NCBI RefSeq assembly: GCF_001194135.2
Contig: NC_068983.1
Location: 93,086,975-93,125,210 of the forward strand
Direction: 5' to 3'
Length of the DNA stretch: 38,236 nt
DNA from: Octopus bimaculoides
Taxonomy: Eukaryota
The position numbers and the translations under genes are program-made. Below are positions 1-11,084 of this stretch, one piece after another. Each line of letters begins with the position of its first letter. Positions within the stretch are counted from its first letter, which is position 1. The notes beneath the pieces are model-generated. The model saw only the letters and a list, made by a program, of their open reading frames with translations, was not told the origin of the DNA and ran no database searches.

Positions 1-231
1 TGGCACATAAAAGACACCATTTCGAGCGTGGCCGTTTTCGTGCGGGTGACACGTAAAAGCACCCACTACACTCTCTGAGTGGTTGGCGTTAGGAAGGGCA
101 TCCAGCTGTAGAAACTCTGCCAAATTAGATTGGAGCCTGGTGTTGCCATCCGGTTTCACCAGTCCTCAGTCAAATCGTCCAACCCATGCTAGCATGGAAA
201 GCGGACGTTAAACGATGATGATGATGATGAT
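1..231 (+). mobile_element. 3' end of a young RTE-tailed retroelement ending in (GAT)6
   Basis: TGGTTGGCGTTAGGAAGGGCATCCAGCTGTAGAAAC motif, retained CpGs and a (GAT)n tail typical of the RTE clade; truncated by the window edge. Confidence 0.75.
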
Positions 232-599
232 ATATATATACACACACACAACTCTAACAGATATTACTTTTCTTTACTGCTTCCTCACCTTTAAATCCTA
301 GATCCAATTTCAGGATAAATCATACAGGTATCAGAAATGCCAGCAATCCAACAAAGCAGTTTATGTACCATAAGGAAATGTAAGCCTTAGCTACTGCAAG
401 GAATTTAGTGTGTCTAAACAATATACTCATTGTCATACTCACAAAAAATCACCTAGAGACAACAACCAATTATTTTTTGATTGATCAGAGGAGTGTTTTT
501 TTTTTAATGAAAAAAAAAAAAAAAAGTCAGGAAAGAAGGAAAAAGAACTCATGACTATTACAGACTTTCCTAAGGTCGGTGTAGTTGATATTCAGCTTA

Positions 600-1990
600 A
601 ACATCAGTAAATTGATAGCTTTAATGGGTAGGAGGAGGGTTTCAGAAGGATGTAATTTGGGGTAAGAGGGATCGAGAAGTCTTTAGTGCAGGGCTTGGTT
701 GAGTGAGTCAGGTGATGATAAGAAAAGAGGAATGTAAATTGAGCAGGCTTGCATGGAAATAGCACAGTTTGCACAAAAAAGCAGTTGTGGTAGAAAAGAG
801 GGCAGGGCAATACTATAGTGAGTGCAATACTCTAGTATGAGATGTTCTTTTGCCCTGTAAATGGTTAGCAACTGCTGAGAGGTGAAAATTGAATATACTT
901 AGAAGTTTGGATTGTGTAATATGTGTAGTATGTATGTATGTGTGTGTGTGAGGGGACCTACTAGGAAAAATCATCACAGATTTTGAAACCAAGCATTTGT
1001 AAAGTTCATGGAGGCTTTATATGTAAAGTGTTTTCTCAATTTGTGTAGCGAATGTATCAAGTGCTGTTGAGGGGGATCCAGGTTATTACATACCAAGTGA
1101 AAGATCTTTTGAAGATCTTTGTTCAAGAAAATAATGCATGTCAGATACGTAATTGTCTAAGTTGTATGTGGATGATAGTTGAGTCTGCATGATTACCATG
1201 GTGCACTCAAGAGTAAGTGACAAGTTCTTATGCACAGGGCATGTAACTGAACTGTGTGGTACATAAAATTAGTAGAATACAAGCTGAAGAGTGACAAGTG
1301 TTTTGATGGAGCACAATGATATGAAACTTCCAATCCAAGATATTAAAGGTGGATGGAAACCACATAAAGACAGTTTTGCTCAGTCACTATACTAGATATA
1401 GTCAAAGACTTTGTTGATATCAAGAGCAAGAAATAACTTCACAGAGAAAAAATAGAGCAAACGTGTGTTTGACACAGGATAGCAGGTTTCTGATAGGTCT
1501 AGCTTAATGGAAAATGAACTGTTCTAGTAAGTGTAAAAATAGGACTAATTAGCTTTGTTAAAATATCAGAAGGCTTAAGGTACATAAGTGACATTATGAT
1601 AAATGTATTCATTGAGAAATTGTCAGGTAATGTAACCGAAGCAGATATAATGGTGGAGTAAAAGGTGGATTTAGAGGCAAGAAGGAGGTGAAGAGGGTTT
1701 AAAGAACCAACAGGTCTCTTAAAGATATGACTAGGTAAGGAGACTAACAAGTGAAGAATAAAAAATGATTCAACTAGTACAGCAGCACAGTTATTGTAGG
1801 AAGTATGCTGAAACTGAGAACTGAGGTGTGATAAATGCCCTTAATGCAGTATGAGAGATAGTTGAACAGATGTTGGCAGTTGGGGAATTTCAGAAAGTAG
1901 CAGAGATAAAAGATGAAGTTAGAGAAATTGGGAAAGAAAACTGTTAAAGTAGCTTGAAGTTTTTGTTGCTAATATCCAAGTGAGAAGGTG
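600..1990 (-). mobile_element. Very old LINE remnant, possibly CR1/L2-like, abutting the mariner
   Basis: Strand-biased composition with several short pyrimidine-rich minus-strand ORFs and only weak resemblance to CR1/L2 C-terminal sequence. No diagnostic motif confirmed. Confidence 0.3.
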
Positions 1991-1996
1991 GGGTTA

Positions 1997-3030
1997 CAAG
2001 GGGGTACCCAAAAGTAACAGGAAATGTTTTCTGTGAGACAGGTGCATTGTAGTTCAGGCATCCATTACTAGAAGCCACTTGATACAACCAGCAGCTTCAT
2101 GTGAAGTCACACTGTCATGTGGTGCATCGTTGTTTTGCAGTGCTACTCCACTATTCATTGATTTTTGTGATGGCTGAAATGAAAGAACAGTGTGCTTCTG
2201 TGAAATTCTGTTTTCTGCTGGGGAAAACGGTGGCAAAAACAGTTATGCTTCAAACAGCTTACAAAGATGCTGTCAAGAGCAAAACACAAGTTTATGGGCA
2301 GTTTTCATGCTTTATGAATGGTCACTTGCCACTTGAAGACCAACATTGTTCAGGGCCACTGTCAACTTCCCAAATGAATTAAAACATCATGAAAATTCAT
2401 GAACCAATCTTGGAGGACCGTTGCCAAGCAATTGATGAACTTGTTGATATAACTGATGTGTCCTGGAGCTCCTGCCAATGAACTCTGAGTGAGGAATTGC
2501 AAATGAAAAGAGTTGCAGCAAAATTTGTGCCTTGCTTACTCACAAAAGATCAAAAGCAGTCATTTCTGAATGCGTGTTGTGAACTGAAAGAACAGTTGGA
2601 AGTTGGTCTGGACCATTATTCAAAGGTCATAACTGGTGACAAAAAGTGGTGTTATGGCTATGACCCAGAAATGATGCAGCAATCAAGTCAATGTTAGCAT
2701 TCAATGTCACCACACCCCCAAAAAGCACATCAAGTGAAGTCCAATGTCAAGATGATGCTGATTTGTTTTATTGATGTGAAAGGATAGTCTACAGATAATT
2801 TGTTACACCTGGTCAAATTGTTAACCAGATATTTTACTTGGCAGTTCTGAAGCATTTATGAGATGCAGTGAGATAAAAACCCTAACCTGTGGTAAAGTGT
2901 AGAGTGGTGATTTCATCATGAAGAGTTCCAGCACTGCTTGGAATAGTGGAAAATGCATCTGGACCAATGGATTGTTTCAAATGGAGAATACTTTGGAGGT
3001 GATAAAAGTGTAAACATTCAAAGCTAAGTG
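1997..3030 (+). mobile_element. Decayed mariner (Tc1/mariner) transposon; left TIR present, right TIR missing
   Basis: TA at 1995-1996 followed by TIR-like CAAGGGGGTACCCAAAAGTAACAGGAA. Translated remnants EQCASVKFCFLLGK (HTH), KRVAAKFVP, ITGDKKWCYGYDPE and C-terminal GEYFGGDK, with many stops and frameshifts. Confidence 0.85.
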
Positions 3031-3091
3031 AATCCTCTTTCTCCACAAAAGAAACCGAAATTTTGGTTTCTTTTGTGGAGAAAGAGGATTC
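3030..3091. repeat. 62-bp palindrome with one mismatched pair
   Basis: 3030-3056 is the exact reverse complement of 3065-3091; centre GAAATTTT. Confidence 0.97.
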
Positions 3092-3376
3092 CATGTAAGC
3101 AGAGATAAAATCTTTTGCAAAGAAACTGGATCACAGTGTCTATTCCAAACTGCATTGATGGATTAATAATAACTACTGAAATATTTGTGTATGTTGCTAT
3201 AGAAAATTAATATAGATGGCCGTTGAGACAAAATCTTTTTACATTCTCTTACATGAGAAAGGACTTTTTTTCAACTGGTTTTTGATTTTCTATCCTCAGA
3301 TACTTATTAAACTTTCATCTCGAATAATATCTAAAAGCTCTATTTGATAATGAATTTTCTGCCATTCCTAAATATA

Positions 3377-3492
3377 GATGTTTTCGATTTCGTTTGGATT
3401 CTTTGCCATCAAATTTAAATTCTTTGCCTTCAAATTTGAATTCTTTGCAATCAAATTTGATGGCAAAGAATCCAAGCTAGATCGAAAACATC
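3377..3492. repeat. 116-bp fold-back containing three tandem 21-bp units
   Basis: 3377-3388 pairs with 3481-3492 and 3394-3416 pairs with 3453-3475. Tandem units at 3398-3418, 3419-3439 and 3440-3460. Confidence 0.95.
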
Positions 3493-4611
3493 CATACATT
3501 TGTAGCTCCCTCGTGTATCCTGAATCACTGAGAAATCTGACACCTAATGTTTTCATTAGAGTTTAACTTTTTTGTACTTCATTGAAAAAGGCAAATTATA
3601 ATTTAAAGATTATTTAAGTAATGCTGGCATAAGAATCAACTTGTATATATTGGATCTGTAATCTAGATCGTACAAATGAGAAAGAAAAGTAATGTTAATA
3701 TCTATAAGGGATGTATTCACAAAAAAAAAAAAAAAAAAAAAAGCTGAAACTTCATCTCTAATGTTACAATATTTCAGAAGTAAATAATATCTCTTAATTT
3801 TGCATTAAAAAAAAACAATTTCTCTTATTCTAAATTAGATTTTCTTAACAGAAAGACAATAATCGTATAACCGCCATCCTTACATCAATGAGGCTTTCAT
3901 GAAATTGAACCAATAAATACTAACTTATTCTTTAGTTGTGGTTGCTTTTCTTTAAATCTGCTATAACAAAATCCTAGTTAACAAATATAAAAATCAATGT
4001 TGATGAGGAATGATAAATTTTAAATTGGATGAAATTTAAAACATTATTCTATCAAACTAAGATTAAAACTCCAATCATCTATTAATTTTTACTTCACTAT
4101 TATTTTTATCCCTTTTTTTCTCTTTTCAGTAGCTTAAAAAACAAAAAAGCTAGATTAAATCTCAAAAATAAATTTGAATTCCAAAATGAAGGATACTTCT
4201 TTAACCAACTTACATTAGATGCAATGTTATGTTTGCATTTTGAAAATCAAACATCATACTTTCCAGTTCAATATCCAGAAATCTTTCACTTTAACTTTCC
4301 ACTTCAATATTCCCTATGTAAATAAACTAATATTCAAAGTAAATAAGCTCAAATATTTTGCAATTTCTGGAAAGCAAATTAATCTAATATAATTTTTTAT
4401 AGTATGTTTTGTGAACCTTTTTGGTCTCTCAAAGATTTATGCTCACTAAAGTGATGTTAGTTGGAATATGAATTAGAAATAGCTTTAAGTGACTGAAAAT
4501 GCATGTTTTCTGTATGGGGTTTCAAATTTTGTGCAAGTTAACTTTTTTTTTTTAAATGGAAACTTTTGATATAAAGTTTGGAATTCCACAGTCATATCAA
4601 TTTCAAATTTT

Positions 4612-4802
4612 GGCATAAGGCCAGAAATTCTGGGAGAGGGGTAAGTCAATTACATCAATTCCAGTGCTCAACAGGTACTTATTTTATTGAACCAAAAGGA
4701 TGAAAATTAAAATCGATCCTGGTAGAATTTGAGCTCAGAATGGATAAAATGCCACTTAGCATTTTGCCCAAGATGCTAATGATTCTGCCAGCTCGTCAAC
4801 TT
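4612..4802 (-). mobile_element. SINE family B
   Basis: Colinear homology with 37075-37280. Confidence 0.7.
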
Positions 4803-4998
4803 ATATTTCAATGTCAAATTAAAATGCTTTTAATAAACATGTTGAAGAGATTGCAGAAACTTTATAATAAACATTACTAATTAAGAAGTAATGTAAGTTT
4901 GATACGGAACTGTTTAACTAGAAAATATAAAAGAAAGAACTTAATATGAAAATTCAAAGCTCTAACCTTTGAAAATGAAGAGTAGTGATGTTCTAGAT

Positions 4999-6439
4999 CA
5001 GTGGTTCTTAACCATTTTTTTTGTAGTACCCATCTAAGTGGCTAGTGAGGTATTATGACTAAACTAAATTAACATGGATGATAATTTATGAATTTTACTC
5101 AAAAAATGGATTGTATAAGCTTTTAACAGTGAGATGATAAAAAATCAATAAAGACAATAGTTGTAAATTTACTATATATATTGTAAATGAAATGGCTTCC
5201 CTGTGCCTGATGAGATCTAGCTAATTTTTTTTATATCAGATTCAATGTTAGTCAAAAGAAGCCATAAGACTTCTCTTTGACTTATTGGAAATTTATTTTG
5301 TTGCTGAGTCAGCAATTGCAACATTGTACTGAACCCTTTCTCTACAAAATATGAAGAAGGAAAAGCAATGAACAGTAATTTCATTTCTTGCTAAAGTTAA
5401 GAATACTTGCTTTGTATTCTGGGCCAGAATGATTCATAATCAAGCTGTTGAAAATATATTTGAACTTCAAAATCATTTAAATCGATAATTTCTTCATGTA
5501 AACCTGGTTGAGCAGAAGAAGCATCAGAGAGAAATGAATTTATGACCTAATCAGGTACTTCAAGATCAGGAAAATTTTTGAACCTTATCATTAAGTCTTC
5601 TTTTAATGTCTGCAGATGAAAACAATAGCAGTCTATATCCATAGCTAGTATTAAATTGCTATCATTGTTTCTATCATGTACAGGCTTGGAAACTAAAAAA
5701 TCTTTTCTCAATAGTCTCTGTTAGTTGAATGACAATTTGCTGATAAATACATTTATGATTCCCTTTGCTTTAATTTAATTCATATTATTTCCTTGAAACT
5801 TAATGTTAACCTCATTTAATTTAGTGAAAATATCAGAAATATATGTAATGTCAACTTTTTCATTGCTTAGTTTATTATATATGTCTTCATCATATGGATT
5901 AAGAAATTCTAAAAGAGTATCATAGAGATTATGAAAATGCTTCAATTTTCATTCAAGGGCCATCACACCTCAGTATGAAGCAACAGACACTTTCACTTTC
6001 CTTCTTTTTCATGGCAAAACTTCCAAAAGACAGTTATTCAGCGAATAAGTTTTGATTTTATTTACTGTTTTAATTACATCATTCAACATGTTATGTAGTC
6101 TATCACTAAGAGGTTTCACAGCCAAGTGTTCCCAATGAGTAACACAGTGAACTGCAAATGTATGTGGAACAGTTTCCTTTACATGTGCTTTAAATTCACA
6201 ATAACGGCCCATAGTGCAATGGCTTGTGAAAGTTTTTAATCAACTGTTGATTTTCCATTTTTTCCATAATTTGATGTTTTTTCTTTTTTCCAAGTACATA
6301 TGTGAATTTATGCTTTGGGATTAATTGTGAACTTAAATGGATGAAACAACAATAAAAGCCTTTAGGAAAACAAACTATCAATGAATTTACATGCAAGAAA
6401 GCTACTGACTGGCATCACTGTACAAATTAGGGAACACTG
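4999..6439 (-). mobile_element. Decayed hAT (Charlie/Buster-type, ZBED5/SCAND3-like transposase) remnant
   Basis: CAGTGGTTCTTAACC end at 4999 preceded by TTCTAGAT, which fits the Charlie target consensus NTCTAGAN. Minus-strand remnants HCVTHWEHLAVK..L...LNDVIKTVNKIK, LLLHTEV.W and LFIAFPSSYFVEKGFS. A degenerate right end (CAGTGTTCCCTAA, minus strand) ends at 6439; the TSD there does not match, so the right boundary is uncertain. Confidence 0.75.
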
Positions 6440-8499
6440 AATAACATAGTCACAAAACAGACTGTAGAAAGGCCTAGCTGAAAGAAGAGAGATGGGGAGT
6501 TTGTATCATAAAAACAGGGATGGCCTCAGGTAAGTTGATATCAAAAGAGTTAATAGGTAAGCATTTATTTGATTTGAACCTGAAATATTATTTCATGTGA
6601 AATTTCTTAGCTGGTTTATTCAACAAATGTGCTCTTCACAAGAGTCTTCTGACAAAATTAACTTTGACATAAACTGTCTAGTATATTTTTTGTTGAGCTT
6701 ACCATTTTAATAAAGCAAACATATAGCAGATAACTCATGTTATTCCATTTAAATCATAAATTACTCAACAGCTGTATTTTTTGTCAATGAAAATTCAGCT
6801 GTCAATGTTATCTACTACTTGTTACACTACTTACACTAATCTACTCATATATCTCTTTCCCAGTTTACTACTCCAGTCAAGCATGAAAGCTAAATACCTC
6901 ATTCTTCTACTCTCATTGTATTTCTCCATCTGTCACTCACTCACTCACTCACTCTTTATTCACTGTTTCACAGTCTCCTACTTCCACACCATCTTCTTAG
7001 CATAACAGGGAAATAATACATGAAAGTAATTATTATATATGGATAAATCTGTGCTTTTTAAAGCATCAGGAAGAGAACTGCCTCAGAAAGTTTAGCCCAA
7101 CTTGCACAGCATGTAAAAGTGGACATAAAATGATGATAGTGATCAACTAAGATCCTAATCTTATGTGTTCAGTTGCATGGATTTTGAAACTTTAGTACAA
7201 GGTTGCGGGGAAGGGGGGGAGCAAAAGTACACTACTTTCATGACTTCTCTGTAATCACATAATTTTTATAAATACTATAAATGTTTTTGATGAAAGAAAA
7301 CAATCCCAAACTTTCTTATGGAAATGTCACACAATCACTAAAGAACTTCATGGAACCAAACATTTAAATTACAATGACCTCAAGTCAAAATTACCATTCA
7401 TAATCAACATTTGTATTGTCATGTCCATCTTGCTAACCTTCATAAATTTAATGACACATATTCGTGATGCTCAAAGAAAAATATTTAAATTCTATCCCTG
7501 AATTTACTGATAATCCTCTCCACCATACCTGCCTAAAAATTTAGATATGTGAATGAGGATTAATGGAAACTTTAGCTATGTGGAAAGTGAAAGATCTAAC
7601 AGAGTTGCTATTTGGAATACAGAATATAGTTCTACAATAAAAATGGCAAACCACTCAGTAGATGACATTACAATGTGCTCCCAACCATTAAGGCCTTGCC
7701 AAATTTCATATGCACAAAGCTGTAAATGTGTGAACCGAGTTGTGCATACATGGCCAGCCATGTGTATTATTAGTTGCTATAAATTATTTTATTGCAGGAA
7801 TTAAATACAGCCACCAGATAAATCAAAATCATATAAATCTGAGAAAAAAATGCAATAACTTTTTTATATGTTGTTATATCTACAACTTCTCTCACAAAAG
7901 TTAACAGTAAAAAAAGGAATTTGTTTCTTTAATATACATACGTTAATTCAATGTACTTCAAAAAGTCAGTACTTTAAATATTTTTATATTTTATAATCCA
8001 GAAAAAGAAATAATAGAAAAAAAACTATATAATACATAAAACTTGCTAATCAGCTGTTTCTTGGAGGCAAAAATGGTTCCTTTTCCTTTTTTTATGCATA
8101 CAATAGCTGTTAACTATATGGCTGTGCACTTAAACTGTTTGTCCAATTCAATAGTTAATATCTTATTAGTGCTGTACTCCGAAGCAAGGCACTTAACTTT
8201 ACTAGCCTTACTGAATGAAGATAAGATAAAAAGGGCTACACTACTACATCACAGTTAAGTCATCAGTGGTAGATAAAAACAATTGCTCCAACATATAATC
8301 ACCCCCATCAATATTAGATTGGAAAAAAGTTCGTAAAATCAATAATGAAACAATCCTTCTGCAGAATAGGAGAGAATGAGTAGACTTTAGGTCTAAAACA
8401 AAAAGACATTAAAGCACAAATAAGTTGCATACAGGCTGTGAATACCATAAGGCATTTAATGACTGGAATATGTCCAAGAATAGCTGTATAGTAAAATAG

Positions 8500-8765
8500 C
8501 TTACTTTGTTACCATGTGGTTTTGGGTTCCATCATACTGTAAGGAAACTTTGCAATGTCTTCTTGGGTTGACCAATGTCTTGTGAGTAAAATTGCTACAC
8601 AAAAACAATATGGAAGCGTGTGTGTGTGTGTGTGCGCGTGCATGCACATCCTTACTTAAAAAACAGGAAGGGGCTGTTAGTAGGAAGAGTATCTGATTAT
8701 AGAATACTGCTTTGGTAAGTCATGTCCAACCCAAGGCAACATGGAAAATGTGAACATAATGATGA
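8500..8765 (+). mobile_element. Decayed SINE (family A head, (TG)n, RTE-type tail)
   Basis: CCATGTGGTTTTGGGTTCCATCATACTG head remnant, (TG)n tract, GTTAGTAGGAAGAGTATC and AACATGGAAAATGTG..GATGATGA tail remnants. Confidence 0.5.
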
Positions 8766-9043
8766 GTTATATCTATAGAATTTTGCTGCCATGGTACATA
8801 GATCTTATGGCAAACTGGATAAAAAAAAAAAACTATTAAACTAAATTAATGATAAGGTAACAGTCACCACAACACTTCATAGAATGTATATGATATACTG
8901 CTATCAAATATTCAGAATTGTCTGATGGTCATATAAAACAACTTTTCTTTACTAGACATAAGGATGATATGTCTTTCAAGTAAAATGCTGTACAGTGGAC
9001 TGACAAATTAAAGACATGCAGTAATCTAACTTTAGTTCTTTAA

Positions 9044-10560
9044 CCCTTTCGTTACTATATTTCTGACCAAAATACACCCCTCATGAGTTTCAATTAAATT
9101 CTAAAATAATCATGAATTTAGACTAATGTTATATATGTGTGTGTGTGTGTTCTTGATATTCTTTCAGAGCAAGTCGTTTTACATCTATTACACTATTTTT
9201 CTTTTGTTTCTTGGCTCCGGTGAGGTGTCTCAGAACATTCACGATGTGAATGTTCCGAGCCCTCTCCCCACCCACCCCGTTCGCGAGCGCGCATTTTTTC
9301 TCCATATTTCTTCCCAGTGAGTTGTTTTACACCTATCAGACTAATATTTTTTATTTTTGTCACCGGGTCAAACGCTTTAGTTTGACCGCTCTGATTATAA
9401 TCCTGATTAAATTCCAGACCACATCGTACCCTAGGCCATGCTGACTAACATTATTGTCTCTTTTCCCTGTATAAAAGCTAAATCCACAGCAGTACCCAGT
9501 ATTTGCCTCACAAATTTTCCAAACTTTGATCCCCCATTTTGTGGGCTTTCCTGGCATATACTGTTGGAAGCGTACTCTTCTTTTATACCCCACCATGCCC
9601 TCATCAACGGATAAGTATCTCTCAGGCTTGTAAAATGTTTCATATGCATTTTGAATGCAGTCGATGAAGGGTCTTATTTTAAATAAGGGATCAAAACTTG
9701 GTTCTCCACGTACTGAGGGTACTGCTAGTGTCTCTCACATGTAAATATTGGTTCAGCTTCACGAATCGTACTCGCGACATAATACTGGAAACATTCATCG
9801 CCAAAAGGTTCCTGATTGCTCCAGTAATTTGTTATTCTGAGTAACTGTTTAATACCCATAATAATATTTATGGCAAAAAATGCCCGTATTTCATCATTTT
9901 CGGTTGCAGGAAACCACAAGCTATCTTTTTTTCTGGCTTGTATACATTCTGTGTAACGGTTTGTTTCCGCAGTAATCATTTCAAACAAGCATGCCGGAAA
10001 AAATAATAAAAAGAAGTCTAAAGGTTTCGCTTCCTAGACCCTGTCTCCTCAGAAAAATTGTTAATAAAAATATTTTTTAAATCTTTACTCCATTCTGGTG
10101 TAAAACCATCCTCGCTGTCGCTGCTTTCAGAATCGCTACTTTCGGTTTCAGATACAGAAATATCCGATTCATTATCGTTCACCACGTGCTTTTGTAGCTC
10201 ATTCATTCTTTTCTTCGATATCTCCATATCTTCTGTTGAAAAGCCTTCAAATTCGGAATCACTGCTTGATAGCATGACACTCCTCTCCATCTTCAAAGTT
10301 GAAAAAATTAACGCCGCAAAAAATGTGGGAAAAAAATCTTCCAAAATTCACTGAGTTCAAATATCATGCCAAACAATGTCGGATACAATAACTCAACTGT
10401 TTGCAAAGTGAAATCAGGTGTTTTAACGAATGTACTAACGAGATTTGGGTTCAAATTTACATTTAAATAACAATGGGTACTCTTGGCCGGCTATGGCCGG
10501 GTTGGTCTTATGAATCAAAAAATTTTTGGGCCGGCTACGGCCAGGTTAGTAACAAAAGGG
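9044..10560 (-). mobile_element. Non-autonomous piggyBac DNA transposon (1517 bp) carrying the frameshifted 5' half of a PGBD4-like transposase
   Basis: TTAA at 9040-9043 and 10561-10564. 14-bp TIRs CCCTTTCGTTACTA / CCCTTTTGTTACTA (1 mismatch). Fragments: acidic N-terminus (10018-10290), ETNRY...EIRAFFAINIIMGI (9725-9988), and SVDEGMVGYK...QYMPGKPTKWGIKVW...YTGK...HGLGYDVVWNL (about 9405-9610). Confidence 0.93.
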
Positions 10561-10913
10561 TTAAGGACTTTAGTTCTCATGGCAGTATGAGAAGACATTG
10601 TTTATAGCAACTGCTGTTTTGTTGGTTAGGTGTTCAAGATTGGAAAGTTAAAGAAAAACTAGGCTGCAGAGGAGAAACAAGCAAAGGAATATCAGAACAT
10701 ACCCTGATATCACTTTTATGGTATTTGGGGAATATTTTTTCCATGTTACAAATTAGTTTTATATAAAATTGCTACAATTTGCTTTACCTCAAACAAATAA
10801 AAATTAACTTCAAATTTACTATGTTTACATTTCAACAATTCAATAATTTCAAATGCTCAATAATTTTCATGCTGTTTGGCAGTGAAATAAGAAAATGTAA
10901 GATAATTACTTAC

Positions 10914-11084
10914 CTCAACTTTGTTATCATTATTCATTTCATGATATAAGAGCATGCCCCCAACATTATGTGTTCTAAAATCAAAACTGGCTCGTACAAA
11001 TCCACTCCCAACACCACTTGATTCTCCATTAATTTCTATGTGAGATGTGCCAGTTGAAAATGTGACAGGGATAACTGGTGCCAA
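10914..11084 (-). CDS. Nrx-IV: Exon F (171 nt): start of LamG2, LAPVIPVTFSTGTSHIEINGESSGVGSGFVRASFDFRTHNVGGMLLYHEMNNDNKVE
   Basis: TAG acceptor (11085-11086), GTAAGT donor (10912-10913). PVTF and F.FRT....G.LL motifs; phase 0 at both ends. Confidence 0.9.

Noticed and set aside
3368-3566. Overlapping antisense ORF pair with repetitive peptides
   Set aside because: A by-product of the 21-bp tandem and fold-back structure.
10770-10815. AG|GT recursive-splice-like site (TTTGTTTGAG|GTAAAG, minus strand)
   Set aside because: GAG is a poor acceptor and the site is only about 125 nt from the real donor; likely chance.
1-10913. Next LamG2 exon of the host gene
   Set aside because: No segment with LamG motifs and proper splice sites was found. 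The exon probably lies beyond position 1, although a short exon could be missed by eye.
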